Assembly: GCA_015661005.1 (NCBI GenBank)
Contig: JACTTX010000002.1
Location: forward strand, 856-64,855
Direction: 5' to 3'
Length of the DNA stretch: 64,000 nt
From: Candidatus Magasanikiibacteriota bacterium
GTDB lineage: Bacteria > Patescibacteriota > Patescibacteriia > Magasanikbacterales > JACTTX01
Shown here: one piece after another, positions 39,097 to 48,791 of the stretch
Layout: each line of letters begins with the position of its first letter
How positions within the stretch are numbered: position 1 is the first letter of the stretch
The notes under the pieces: generated by a model
Told to the model about the DNA's origin: nothing
The model's database searches: none
What the model saw: only the letters and a program-made list of their open reading frames with translations
Made by a program: the position numbers and the translations under genes

Positions 39097-41118
39097 TTAC
39101 GCCGACCAAAGCAACCGCTTTCCTATTTTAGACGCGGACTTGGCTTCTCCGTCGTCATCAACATATCGAGCGTCCTCATTACCCAAAGTCCCGACGGTTT
39201 GACCATCACGTTCTATGTCTAAGAGTCCTCTATCAACACCATCAATGAACGGCGAAGCCGCGGAAATTTGGGAAGCGTCGCGGCCGCCGAGAATGGGATA
39301 AGTCAAAAAAAGATGGCGCCGCGCCCTTGTCACGGCCACATAGAAAAGCCGCCGCTCTTCCTCAATGCCGTTTGGTTCTTTGAGCGCGCGCTCGTTGGGA
39401 AATCCGCCATCCGTCAAATTAATCACAAAAACCGCGTCCCATTCCAAACCTTTGGCTTGATGAACGGTGGAGAGCACCACTTGCTCGCGTTGATTTTCTT
39501 TTTGATCGCGATCGCTGGCGTAGGATTCTGAAAGCGAAGCGTCCGCCAAAAAATGAGAAAGGTCGCGGGAGCGTTCGGCAAAACGAGTGAGCTGTTCAAT
39601 GTCATCCAAGCGATCGCGCCAATTGGTGAACTCCCCTTCCACAAACTCTTTGTAAAAAGAATTAACGCAAGCGCGAATCAGTTCCGCCGGTCTTTCTTTG
39701 GAGGCCGAGATCATGGCCTCGGCAATGCGCTGAACTTGCGCCCAGCCAGTGGCGGCGCGCGGCCCAATCTGCGCCGCCACATCCATCAAGACCACGTCTT
39801 CAAATTTCTCCATCTGCTTTAGGGCGGCGGTTATTTCTTGCGCCGTCCGCTCCCCCACTCCGGCTTGCAGTTTCAAAATTCTTGACCAAGCAATGACATC
39901 GTGGACATTGTTGAAAATGCGCAAAAATGAAAGCACGTCTTTTACATGCGCGCGGTCAAAAAATTTGAGTCCGCCGCGATAATCATACGCCACGCCGCGC
40001 TTCATCAATTCCAATTCCAACATTTGCGAATGAAAAGTGGCGCGAAAAAGCACGGCAATCTCTTTGGCGGGCACGCCGCGATTCAGAAGGGAAATAATTT
40101 TGTCGGCAATGATATGCGCTTCTTCATATTGAGTGGGCGCGGGAACAAGCAAAGGTTTGGCGAGTGGCCCACAGACGGCTTTCAAATTTTTTGGGTATTG
40201 TTTGACGTTTTGCGCAATGACGCAGTTGGCCAGATTCAAAATATCCGGCGTGGAACGATAATTGGTTTCTAAGCGGAAAACTTTGGCGCCGAAAAATTGT
40301 TTTTCAAACGCCAAAATATTTTGGATGTCGGCGGCGCGAAAAGAATAAATGGATTGGGCGTCGTCCCCGACAACCAGAATATTTTTGTGATGCGAAGACA
40401 AGGCATTTACAATACTCGCCTGAAGGCGATTAGTGTCTTGATACTCGTCAACCAGCACATATTGAAATTGTTCGGAAAATTTCTGACGCACGGACGCGTT
40501 TGTCAATAAAAGATTATTTAATTTCACCAATAAATCATCAAAGTCCATCACATTGGCCTCGCGTTTTTTTTGTTCATATTGCCGACTGATGTGTTCAATC
40601 ATTTCCAGCCGATCTAAAAATCGCGGATACTTGAGATCAAGAGTGTCGGAAATTGTGCCTTCGGCATTGCGAGAATAGGATAAGGTATCTTGAATGATGG
40701 CCAATGACGGCATTTGTTTATTTTTAACATCAATGCCTTCATCGCGCGCCACAAGTGCGATCATGCTCTGGCTGTCATCGCTGTCCAAGATGGTAAAATT
40801 AGGAGTGTGCCCCACTTCTTGAGCGTAGGCACGCAAGATTCGCAAAGCGATACGATGAAAAGTACCGCCCCAAAGCCGCGGCAAAGTCCGGCCAAGAATT
40901 GTTTCCACGCGGCCGAGCATTTCCCGCGACGCTTTGTTGGTAAAAGTAACGAGCAAGATGCGATCCTCCGGAATGCCCTGCTCCAGAAGATAAGCGACGC
41001 GATAAGTGATGGCCCGCGTTTTGCCGGAACCGGCGCCAGCCAAAACTAAACAAGCGCCGTCGCCTTTGGTCACAACGGTATACTGCTCATCATTTAAATC
41101 GGCGCGAAAATCAATCAT
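39097..41118 (-). CDS. UvrD/PcrA-family ATP-dependent helicase
   Basis: LAGAGSGKT, VTFTNKA, LVDEYQDTN, VGDDAQSIYSFR, NYRST, STVHQAKGLEW, EERRLFYVAVTRA. Confidence 0.96.
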   Translation of the reverse strand: MIDFRADLNDEQYTVVTKGDGACLVLAGAGSGKTRAITYRVAYLLEQGIPEDRILLVTFTNKASREMLGRVETILGRTLPRLWGGTFHRIALRILRAYAQEVGHTPNFTILDSDDSQSMIALVARDEGIDVKNKQMPSLAIIQDTLSYSRNAEGTISDTLDLKYPRFLDRLEMIEHISRQYEQKKREANVMDFDDLLVKLNNLLLTNASVRQKFSEQFQYVLVDEYQDTNRLQASIVNALSSHHKNILVVGDDAQSIYSFRAADIQNILAFEKQFFGAKVFRLETNYRSTPDILNLANCVIAQNVKQYPKNLKAVCGPLAKPLLVPAPTQYEEAHIIADKIISLLNRGVPAKEIAVLFRATFHSQMLELELMKRGVAYDYRGGLKFFDRAHVKDVLSFLRIFNNVHDVIAWSRILKLQAGVGERTAQEITAALKQMEKFEDVVLMDVAAQIGPRAATGWAQVQRIAEAMISASKERPAELIRACVNSFYKEFVEGEFTNWRDRLDDIEQLTRFAERSRDLSHFLADASLSESYASDRDQKENQREQVVLSTVHQAKGLEWDAVFVINLTDGGFPNERALKEPNGIEEERRLFYVAVTRARRHLFLTYPILGGRDASQISAASPFIDGVDRGLLDIERDGQTVGTLGNEDARYVDDDGEAKSASKIGKRLLWSA

Positions 41119-41177
41119 GGAAAATCCACGAGACAAAGAGGGCGGCCTAAGCTGGCCACCCTCTTTAATTCATGCGC

Positions 41178-41552
41178 TTACGCTACCCGCAGGCGATGCA
41201 ACATCATTGCCGATGATTTTGGTATCGCTTTTTCTTCCGCCAAAACATCAATCAGCATATCAAACTTCTTATCAACGCGATTGAACCCGCCCTGAACTTC
41301 CAATCGCGTAAGTTCAAGCGTTTCCCGAAGCTCGCCAATCTGCGGAAGAATGTTCACATCCATGAACTCAATAATGTCTTGACGGAGACGATCAATTTTA
41401 TTATCTTGGGTCTCAAACCGCTTGTCCATGGTGGCAAAACGCACATCAATGGCGTCAAACCGCTTGTCCATGGTGGCAAAACGCACATCAATGGCGTCAA
41501 ACCGCTTGTCCATCATTTTTCCCAATTTTTCTAGGTCTTTATCATCCAACAT
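41178..41552 (-). CDS. Coiled-coil hypothetical protein with tandem repeat
   Basis: (MDKRFDAIDVRFAT)x2 plus partial copy; start MLDDKD at 41552. Confidence 0.7.
   Translation of the reverse strand: MLDDKDLEKLGKMMDKRFDAIDVRFATMDKRFDAIDVRFATMDKRFETQDNKIDRLRQDIIEFMDVNILPQIGELRETLELTRLEVQGGFNRVDKKFDMLIDVLAEEKAIPKSSAMMLHRLRVA
41413..41513. repeat. Perfect 42-bp tandem repeat x2.4
   Basis: TCAAACCGCTTGTCCATGGTGGCAAAACGCACATCAATGGCG at 41413 and 41455, first 17 nt again at 41497. Confidence 0.95.
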
Positions 41553-41718
41553 ATATGGTCTTTCACACATTAAAAGCGTTCGACCTTTCCCTGTCCCCCA
41601 CAAGGAACCCTCCTTGCAAAAAGACAACGCCTCTGGGTCATTATATCGGCAGAAAAATCAATGTCAAACAGTCAAATTGCGTGCAAATTCCAACAATGTG
41701 GATAAACTGTGGACACTA

Positions 41719-43044
41719 TTACGATCCAGCAATAATAATCATGACCTTGGCTCCGCTGGCTTTCTTTTCCGGCGGCACCCAATCGTGGGCGGCGTTCAAA
41801 ACAACATTTTTGTCATATAAATAATTTTCACCTTTGCGCGTTCCCGGATCATTGGTGATGAATTTGTCTTTGGTGAATCCTTTGATCACGAGCATATGAT
41901 ATTCCGGCCCGCCGTTTCTAAAATTGGGATTACCGAGCATTTTACCATTGGCTGGCACAATGACCGGCACGCCACGCGCTACACTCCGTTCAATCGCGTC
42001 AAGAGTCAGCGGCGCGACGGAAACATTTTTATAACCAAAATATTCTCGCGCGATTATTGCCGTTTCTTCCGCGGTGGTGTCTTCAAAATATCCAAAACGC
42101 GTTTTCTGCCAAGCAACAAGTTTGAGTAAGGCATCTTCGGCCGATACTTTCGTCAATGACTTTGTGCCTTTGAAGTACGCATCCACCATAATAAGCGATG
42201 CTTCTTCACATGTCTCTTCATGAACCGGATCCCAGTTGGCAAATGGCGCCTGCGACGTGAAAGGCACGGCCAGATTTTTTTGCGTGCCGACCGTTGGCGT
42301 TGACACCGAGGCGACCACAGAATTAATTTCCGGCGGCGGGCTTTCTTTGGTAACATCAGTAAAAAGCTCCGCCGTCGGGACCGCCACTTGTTTACGCAAA
42401 TCATCAAAGGCATCGCGTAAACGAACGCGATAAAAAAAGGCGAACACCGATAACGCCAGAACGAGAGCGATGAACAGTCCGGCCAGCCGCGATTTTGATT
42501 CGGAAATTGTTTTTTTTCGCCAGAACATAATAAGAATGATTAACGTTAGCACGATCAATCCATAATTGGCAAGCATGAAGACCGGCGTTCCCCAGGAAAT
42601 GCCGTTGACATATGGCGTCGTCAGCGGAAAAAGAAAGGGGGTTGGGAAAAATACTTCGGCGTGTGTGGGGATATCAATTAAAATATGCAGGCCCCAAGAC
42701 AGGAATGGCCAAAAAAAATATTCGCGCCATTGGTGACGGGCGCCGGGACGCAGACGGGCCAGGTGATTCCGCCGCAAAATGGAAAACAGAATCAGCAGGA
42801 GAATAAAAACAAACAGCGAATGGGTAAGATTGTAGGCAACATGAACATACGAGGGCACAACAAAAGTCCGCGGATCAAATTTTCTCACGAGCCGACCGAC
42901 AACGTTTGGTAGTTCAAATAAAAATTGCAGGCCAAAAGAAAATAGGTCCGGCGCGATGCCAAAAAAAATGGCCAGCCAGCGATCCCTTTTTCTGAATCGC
43001 GTAAAAACAATGTTGCTCCAAAGACCATGAGCGAAGATGTCCAT
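41719..43044 (-). CDS. Membrane metal-dependent hydrolase fused to C39-like peptidase
   Basis: N-term MD..AH, PDL, THSL, HILID..TH; C-term VPFTSQAP, CEEAS, HMLVIKGF, NDP. Confidence 0.8.
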   Translation of the reverse strand: MDIFAHGLWSNIVFTRFRKRDRWLAIFFGIAPDLFSFGLQFLFELPNVVGRLVRKFDPRTFVVPSYVHVAYNLTHSLFVFILLLILFSILRRNHLARLRPGARHQWREYFFWPFLSWGLHILIDIPTHAEVFFPTPFLFPLTTPYVNGISWGTPVFMLANYGLIVLTLIILIMFWRKKTISESKSRLAGLFIALVLALSVFAFFYRVRLRDAFDDLRKQVAVPTAELFTDVTKESPPPEINSVVASVSTPTVGTQKNLAVPFTSQAPFANWDPVHEETCEEASLIMVDAYFKGTKSLTKVSAEDALLKLVAWQKTRFGYFEDTTAEETAIIAREYFGYKNVSVAPLTLDAIERSVARGVPVIVPANGKMLGNPNFRNGGPEYHMLVIKGFTKDKFITNDPGTRKGENYLYDKNVVLNAAHDWVPPEKKASGAKVMIIIAGS

Positions 43045-43129
43045 GCGATTGATTATAACAGATAACATGAAACGCAAAACATGGGAATACTTGCGGCGAC
43101 GATGATTTCACGATACACTTTTGCCGATT

Positions 43130-44365
43130 ATGGAAATTTTTTTTGAACGGACATCACAAGACGGTCGCGCCCGCGCGGGCGTGCTTCACACCGCTCACGG
43201 CGATGTGGAAACGCCGGTCTTTATGCCTGTTGGCACGCAGGCCACGGTCAAAGCCCTGGACTCGCGGGATCTGGCGGAGAGCGGCGCGGAAATTATTTTG
43301 GCCAATACTTATCATCTTCATTTGCGTCCGGATGAAGACGTCATCGCCCGCGCCGGCGGCATTCATAAATTTATGAATTGGAACCGCGCGCTCTTGACGG
43401 ACAGTGGCGGTTTCCAGGTTTTCAGTTTGGCGCAAAAAAAACATACTGGGGACAGGCACCCGACGCTTCGCGTCGTGAGCCAGTCCCAAGTGTTGGACCA
43501 GCCCCCAACACTTGTCTCCATTGACGACGACGGCGTTACCTTCCGTTCGCACTTGGACGGTTCCACGCATCGCTTCACGCCGGAGGAATCAATCATGATT
43601 CAGAAAAAAATTGGCGCTGATATTATTATGGCGTTTGACGAATGCACGCCGGACGACGCTGATCGCGCCCGCGTACAGGACGCAATGGACCGCACGCACG
43701 CCTGGGCTGAACGCTCTTTGGCGGAACATAAAAAAAATCCGGAGAGCATTGTGTTCGGGAACGACGGCGCCGTAAGAGGCCACCGTCAATTTCTTTTTGG
43801 CATCATTCAAGGCGGGTCGTATAAAGATTTGCGAGAGGAAAGCGCTCGCGCCATTGCTACTCTTCCCTTTGACGGCATTGCCATCGGCGGCGAATCAATT
43901 GGTTACAATATGTCAGCGACGGCGCATATTTTGGATTGGCTAGCGCCGCTCTTGCCGGAAAATAAACCGCGCTACACCATGGGCGTTGGCGTTTCACCGC
44001 TGGATCTTTTTGAAGTTGTAGAACGCGGCGTTGATATGTTTGATTGCGTGGCGCCAACGCGCATGGCGCGCAATGGTTCACTTTACTTAAAATCCGCCGG
44101 TGTTAAAAATAAATTCCGTCTTAACATCACGAACGCGCAATTTTCCGAAGATCAAGGCGCGATTGATCCCGATTGCCGTTGTTTCACTTGCGTCAATCAC
44201 ACACGCGCTTACCTCCATCATCTTTTCAAAGCTGAAGAACTGCTGGCTTACCGTCTAGCCACCATTCATAATATTCATTTTCTGCTGTCGCTAATGCAAG
44301 AGATGCGTCAAAACATCAAAAACGGAAAATTCCGCGAGTTTAAACAATCGTGGGTTGACGCCTAA
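43130..44365 (+). CDS. tgt: Queuine tRNA-ribosyltransferase
   Basis: TPVFMPVGT, LANTYHL, TDSGGFQVFSL, MFDCVAPTR, CRC..C Zn site. Confidence 0.97.
   Translation: MEIFFERTSQDGRARAGVLHTAHGDVETPVFMPVGTQATVKALDSRDLAESGAEIILANTYHLHLRPDEDVIARAGGIHKFMNWNRALLTDSGGFQVFSLAQKKHTGDRHPTLRVVSQSQVLDQPPTLVSIDDDGVTFRSHLDGSTHRFTPEESIMIQKKIGADIIMAFDECTPDDADRARVQDAMDRTHAWAERSLAEHKKNPESIVFGNDGAVRGHRQFLFGIIQGGSYKDLREESARAIATLPFDGIAIGGESIGYNMSATAHILDWLAPLLPENKPRYTMGVGVSPLDLFEVVERGVDMFDCVAPTRMARNGSLYLKSAGVKNKFRLNITNAQFSEDQGAIDPDCRCFTCVNHTRAYLHHLFKAEELLAYRLATIHNIHFLLSLMQEMRQNIKNGKFREFKQSWVDA
43447..43488. repeat. Palindromic element within tgt coding sequence
   Basis: GGGAC-A-GGC...CGACGC-TTC-GCGTCG...GCC-A-GTCCC. 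Confidence 0.65.
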
Positions 44366-44401
44366 TGTCTTTTGGACGATCTTCCGCTATAATGTGCGTA
44401 T

Positions 44402-44800
44402 ATGGAAGGTGAAGGCCGGGACAAACCCATTCCCTTAAACGCCAAACTAGAAATGAAACAAGAGCGGCTCAAAGCTGACGGCCTTTTTTTAATTGACATC
44501 ATCCCGGGCGGCGCCAAACAGAGCGACTATGGCCTGTTCAAACAAGAAGAGGTTGAACAAATTAATCAACATTTAGCGCACCTGAACCAAACATTATTGA
44601 ATGGTGAATATGGGCACGCTTTGCGCCATGTAAAAAAAATTGCCGGGGAACTGGAAAAGATATTTGAGGAGCGCAAACATGAGTCGCGATTTTTAAAAAT
44701 CAAGGCCGGAAATTTAATTGACTTAGACGCTCCGGTGCGAGCATCCCTCAAAAAAATAAAAGAACTCGCCGCAATTTTAAAAACTAAAATCACAAAATAA
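44402..44800 (+). CDS. Hypothetical protein
   Basis: 132-aa ORF with TATAAT just upstream; no recognised motif. Confidence 0.65.
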   Translation: MEGEGRDKPIPLNAKLEMKQERLKADGLFLIDIIPGGAKQSDYGLFKQEEVEQINQHLAHLNQTLLNGEYGHALRHVKKIAGELEKIFEERKHESRFLKIKAGNLIDLDAPVRASLKKIKELAAILKTKITK

Positions 44801-44801
44801 T

Positions 44802-45482
44802 ATGCATCCTTTTCAATTTACACTGGCCCTTCTTGAACAAACCGTCAAAGGCGCGCCGCGATGGTTTGCCGAAGAACGGCGGCAATCAATGTTGGAGACG
44901 CTCAAAGCATATGAAATGAATCCCACCGTCGGGCGGGAAGAATTGGACAATGTCATCATTGCTTTTGGAAAAGAAATTTGGCCTTACCGCAAAGCGCTGG
45001 CCGCTTTGCATGAAAAATACGCCGCCCCGCGCGAAGAAAAATATATTCGCGCCGCTTTGGGTCAGGCGCTGGTCGGAAAATTTGATACCTATCTGCGGGA
45101 AGGCAATTCCATCACGGATTTCAAACAAGGCAAGCAGTTTGAGACATTCTTCACGCCGGACGAGCAGGCGGAAATTGTGGCCAAATACTTGGACGCTCAT
45201 GACAAAGTGATGGATGAATTCCAAAGCGAGTGCATGGGACCGCGGTTGGATGAGTGCAATCAGTTGGTGGAAGATTTTAAAAATGAATTGCCAAAAATTG
45301 AAGACGCCATTATGCGGCTTTCACTCTTGGCTGATGAATCACCAAAATGGCGCGATGAAATCATGGATAAAGTGCGCGTTTTTGAAGAGGGCTGGAGCGG
45401 CGAGGAAAAAGACGTCACGCGGGAGACGGCGGAAAAAGAAATTGAGTTTTATAAGGATGCCATTCAAGGGGAAACGGAATGA
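44802..45482 (+). CDS. Hypothetical helical protein
   Basis: 226-aa ORF starting 1 nt after the previous stop. Confidence 0.75.
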   Translation: MHPFQFTLALLEQTVKGAPRWFAEERRQSMLETLKAYEMNPTVGREELDNVIIAFGKEIWPYRKALAALHEKYAAPREEKYIRAALGQALVGKFDTYLREGNSITDFKQGKQFETFFTPDEQAEIVAKYLDAHDKVMDEFQSECMGPRLDECNQLVEDFKNELPKIEDAIMRLSLLADESPKWRDEIMDKVRVFEEGWSGEEKDVTRETAEKEIEFYKDAIQGETE

Positions 45483-45539
45483 CGCGCGGGCAGATCAATA
45501 GCCGGAAATAAACCCGACCCCGCGGCAAGTCGCGGGTTA

Positions 45540-46592
45540 TTACGGGCTGGCAATAAACATCGCGTCGCCAAAAGAAAAAAACCGATATTTTTTGGCAATG
45601 GCTTTTTTGTAGGCGGCCAGAATAGTTTGACGGCCGACAAAAGCGGCAACGAGCATCAGGAGCGTTGATTTTGGCAGATGAAAATTGGTAATCAGCCCGT
45701 CAATAATTTGGAACTGGAACGCGGGCGTAATGAAGATATTAATGTCGCCGGAAAATTTTTTGACCGATCCATTTTTTTGCGCCACGCCTTCAAGAGCGCG
45801 CACCGCCGTTGTGCCAACGGCAATCACTCGCCTTCCTTTTTTTTTGGCGGCGCGGATTTTTTGCGCCGCCGCCGCGTCAATCTGAACCCACTCGCTGTGC
45901 ATGGTGTGATCTTCAATTTTTTCCGCCTTAACCGGACGGAAAGTTCCGACGCCGACGTGCAAAGTGATGGTTGTTGTTTTTACGCCCAAACTTTTAAGCT
46001 GGCGGAGTAGATGTTTGGTGAAATGAAAAGAAGCCGTCGGCGCGGCCACGGAACCGACGCGTTTGGCGAAAATTGTTTGATATTCTTCAAAATTCTGCGG
46101 CTCGGTCTTTATATATGGCGGAACCGGAATATGCCCAACGCGGTTAGCCAGCGCGATCACCCGCTCCGACGCCATGGGAAATTTTACCAAGAGTCGACCG
46201 TCAGAAAATTTTTCCGTCACCTCGCACCAAAATTTTTTTGTGAACTCCACGCGGGTGCCAATAGACAGAATTTTTCCGGGCCGACCAAGCGCTTCCCAAT
46301 TGTTGCCGCTCGTCGGCCTTAACAAAAAAATTTCCGCGTCGCGCCCGCGAGGTTCGCCTGTATTCGCGGACGTTCTAATCGCGCCAAGCAAACGCGCTTT
46401 GAAAACTTTGGTGTCGTTAAAAACTAAGAGATCGCCGGGCCGCAAAAATTTCGGCAGATCAAAAAAATGACGGTGTTTGAGAGAACCGCTCCGGCGGTCA
46501 AAAATCATGAGACGTGAGTGATCCCGGGGCTGAATGGATTCTTGAGCGATCAATTCTTTGGGTAGTAAATAATCGAAAAGGGAGGTAAACAT
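45540..46592 (-). CDS. queA: S-adenosylmethionine:tRNA ribosyltransferase-isomerase
   Basis: FDY.LP.ELIAQ, VFNDTKV..ARL, PPYI, GSVAAPTA, VGTT, TNFHLPKSTL, YRFFSFGDAM; start at 46592. Confidence 0.96.
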   Translation of the reverse strand: MFTSLFDYLLPKELIAQESIQPRDHSRLMIFDRRSGSLKHRHFFDLPKFLRPGDLLVFNDTKVFKARLLGAIRTSANTGEPRGRDAEIFLLRPTSGNNWEALGRPGKILSIGTRVEFTKKFWCEVTEKFSDGRLLVKFPMASERVIALANRVGHIPVPPYIKTEPQNFEEYQTIFAKRVGSVAAPTASFHFTKHLLRQLKSLGVKTTTITLHVGVGTFRPVKAEKIEDHTMHSEWVQIDAAAAQKIRAAKKKGRRVIAVGTTAVRALEGVAQKNGSVKKFSGDINIFITPAFQFQIIDGLITNFHLPKSTLLMLVAAFVGRQTILAAYKKAIAKKYRFFSFGDAMFIASP

Positions 46593-46595
46593 ATT

Positions 46596-46666
46596 TGGGG
46601 ACAGTTCTAAAGGGGACACTTCTAAACGCAAAGCGTTTAGAAGTGTCCCCTTTAGAACTGTCCCCA
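46596..46666. repeat. Perfect 34-bp-arm palindrome with internal 15-bp tandem units
   Basis: TGGGGACAGTTCTAAAGGGGACACTTCTAAACGC-AAA-exact reverse complement. Confidence 0.95.
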
Positions 46667-46673
46667 TCCCATC

Positions 46674-47705
46674 TCAAAGAAACTTTCGGTTGGAGGCATG
46701 TTCTTCAAGCGTTCGTCCGTAATGGACAACACCGTCGCGACCGGTCAAATAAAACCAAAAAGAGTTGGACTTGGGACGCAAAGCCGCTTCAATGGTGGCG
46801 ACACCCGGATTGCTGATGGGAGAGAGCGGCAAACCCGGATATTTATAAGTGTTCCAAAAAGAATCCACTTGACGATCATCAGCCGTTGTAAACAATCCTT
46901 CTTTGCCGGTCAAATAATTCACCGAGGAATCAACTTGCAAAGCCATTCCCCGTTTGAGCCGCCGCCACAAAATGTCCGCCACCATAGCGCGATCAGTGAC
47001 CTGCGGCACTTCTTTTTCCAAAATTGACGCCACAATCACAATCTCATAAAGCGAATGTCCACTCTTGTCAATCTCGCTACCGTAGACATCCACAATTTTT
47101 TTCTGAAACGTACCGAGCATTTTTTTAATAACATCTTCAAGCGTGGCATTTTTGGCTACGCGATAAGTATCGGGAAACAAAAAACCTTCCAGACTCACAT
47201 AACTCGGTTTCACTTTCAAAAAAACAAAATCATTGGAAAAATTATCGGGCTGGGGCGCGGTTTTATTCCGACGATAATCTATCGCGACTTGACCGGAAAC
47301 GGCAAAAAAATCTTTCTGCGCCGCAATCCCTTTGCTTTCAAAATATTCGGCGATCTCCCGCAGATCCCAGCCCTCGGGAATCGTGATTGTTTCTTCGGAA
47401 GTGACAGATGAGAGTAAACGCGCCAGCGCGTCTTGGATGCTCAAACCCGCGGGCATTGTGAAACTGCCGGCTTTAAGCGCGCCGGCCTTTTTTGTAATTT
47501 TGGCATACCATTCAAAAAGACGCGGATAAGTGATGACGCCTTTTTTTGCCAACTCCGCGGCAATCATGGCCGCACTCTGTCCTTTCTCAATAAAAATTGG
47601 AACCGTCGGCGCGTTGGTTTTTGGACTGCGCCAATAAACCTGATACGCGTACCAGAGAGAACCGGCGACAAAAAGAAAAATAATTAATTTCACCAACTTA
47701 AACAT
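46674..47705 (-). CDS. mltG: Endolytic transglycosylase MltG
   Basis: TIPEGW, LEGFLFPDTY, ASILEKE, LQVD, NTYKYPGLP..PISNPG. Confidence 0.95.
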   Translation of the reverse strand: MFKLVKLIIFLFVAGSLWYAYQVYWRSPKTNAPTVPIFIEKGQSAAMIAAELAKKGVITYPRLFEWYAKITKKAGALKAGSFTMPAGLSIQDALARLLSSVTSEETITIPEGWDLREIAEYFESKGIAAQKDFFAVSGQVAIDYRRNKTAPQPDNFSNDFVFLKVKPSYVSLEGFLFPDTYRVAKNATLEDVIKKMLGTFQKKIVDVYGSEIDKSGHSLYEIVIVASILEKEVPQVTDRAMVADILWRRLKRGMALQVDSSVNYLTGKEGLFTTADDRQVDSFWNTYKYPGLPLSPISNPGVATIEAALRPKSNSFWFYLTGRDGVVHYGRTLEEHASNRKFL

Positions 47706-47708
47706 ACT

Positions 47709-48785
47709 TCACAAATATTGTTCCATCCCCCGTTTCTTCAATTCTTCCACAATATCTTTGACCTCCGCCACCCGATCTAGCGGCACCACCAAAAGCGCGT
47801 CCGGCGTGTCCACAATCACCAGATTATCAACGCCGACGGCGGTAACAACTTTCCCTTCCGGCGCATAAATCAAGGAACAAGTGGTGTCTTTGTGAATCAC
47901 AGCGCCGCGCGTTACCACATCCGAATGCGACGTGGCCAAGAGTTTCCGCACCAGCGACCACTTCCCAATGTCCGACCAGCCGACGGCGTTGGAAGTGCTC
48001 ATGATTAAGTCCGGCGCGCTGTGCGTGATGGCCGACTCAATCGTGATTGGAGAAAGCGTGGCAAAAAGTTCCCGCGCCCGCTCAAAATTATTTTGGCGTT
48101 GCGCATGGACCGCTTGTTCCACGATCATGGCCATCTCCGGACGCAACTCGCGAAACAAATTCCAAATGGCGCCGAGCCGCCAAACGTACATGCCGGTGTG
48201 AGCAAAATACCGGCCGCTCGCCACCAACTCTTCGCAAAATTCCTGCGACGGTTTTTCCACCCAGCGTTTGACGGTAAAGAGCGCCTCTTCTCCACCGTCG
48301 CTGACGCGGTCTCCCATTTCCAAATAACTGAAGCCAACGTCAACGTGACGGGGCAGGACCGCCGGTGTGACAATCGCGTCAGGATTTTTTTTAATGTAAT
48401 TTTCCGCCAGCCGCAACATTGCCGCAAAGGCCTCCACGTTCACAATGGCGTCATCCGAGGGCAGGGTGGCCACAATGGTTTCCGCGCCCCAAAGATCAAT
48501 CAGAGAAGCCACTTCAAAAGCAATCGCCGGGCCGGTATTGCGCATCTGCGGCTCTTCAATAATTTGCACGCGCGGATCGGGAATGAGCGCCCGCACGCGC
48601 GGGCTAAAATTAACATTGCTCGTGACGGCAATACTTTCCGGCGACGCAAAATGTGAAACGCGATCAAACGTTTCTTCAAGAAGCGTCCGCTCGGAGATGA
48701 GCGGCAAAAATTGCTTGGGATTATTTTGGCGGGAGAGCGGCCAGAGCCGACTGCCTGAACCGCCGGCGCGAATCACGACGTTCAT
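47709..48785 (-). CDS. manC: Mannose-1-phosphate guanylyltransferase
   Basis: AGGSGSRLWPLSR...PKQF, EP..RNTGPAI, VEKP, GWSDIG. Confidence 0.9.
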   Translation of the reverse strand: MNVVIRAGGSGSRLWPLSRQNNPKQFLPLISERTLLEETFDRVSHFASPESIAVTSNVNFSPRVRALIPDPRVQIIEEPQMRNTGPAIAFEVASLIDLWGAETIVATLPSDDAIVNVEAFAAMLRLAENYIKKNPDAIVTPAVLPRHVDVGFSYLEMGDRVSDGGEEALFTVKRWVEKPSQEFCEELVASGRYFAHTGMYVWRLGAIWNLFRELRPEMAMIVEQAVHAQRQNNFERARELFATLSPITIESAITHSAPDLIMSTSNAVGWSDIGKWSLVRKLLATSHSDVVTRGAVIHKDTTCSLIYAPEGKVVTAVGVDNLVIVDTPDALLVVPLDRVAEVKDIVEELKKRGMEQYL

Positions 48786-48791
48786 ATTGGG

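Noticed and set aside
41413-41513. CRISPR array
   Set aside because: Repeats are contiguous with no spacers, in frame in a CDS, and no cas genes are present
32881-41705. Replication origin
   Set aside because: DnaA boxes are single and kilobases apart; no dnaA gene or clustered array
46595-46816. Plus-strand ORF sharing MGTVLKGTLLNA with the queA N-terminal extension
   Set aside because: Artefact of the perfect palindrome read on both strands
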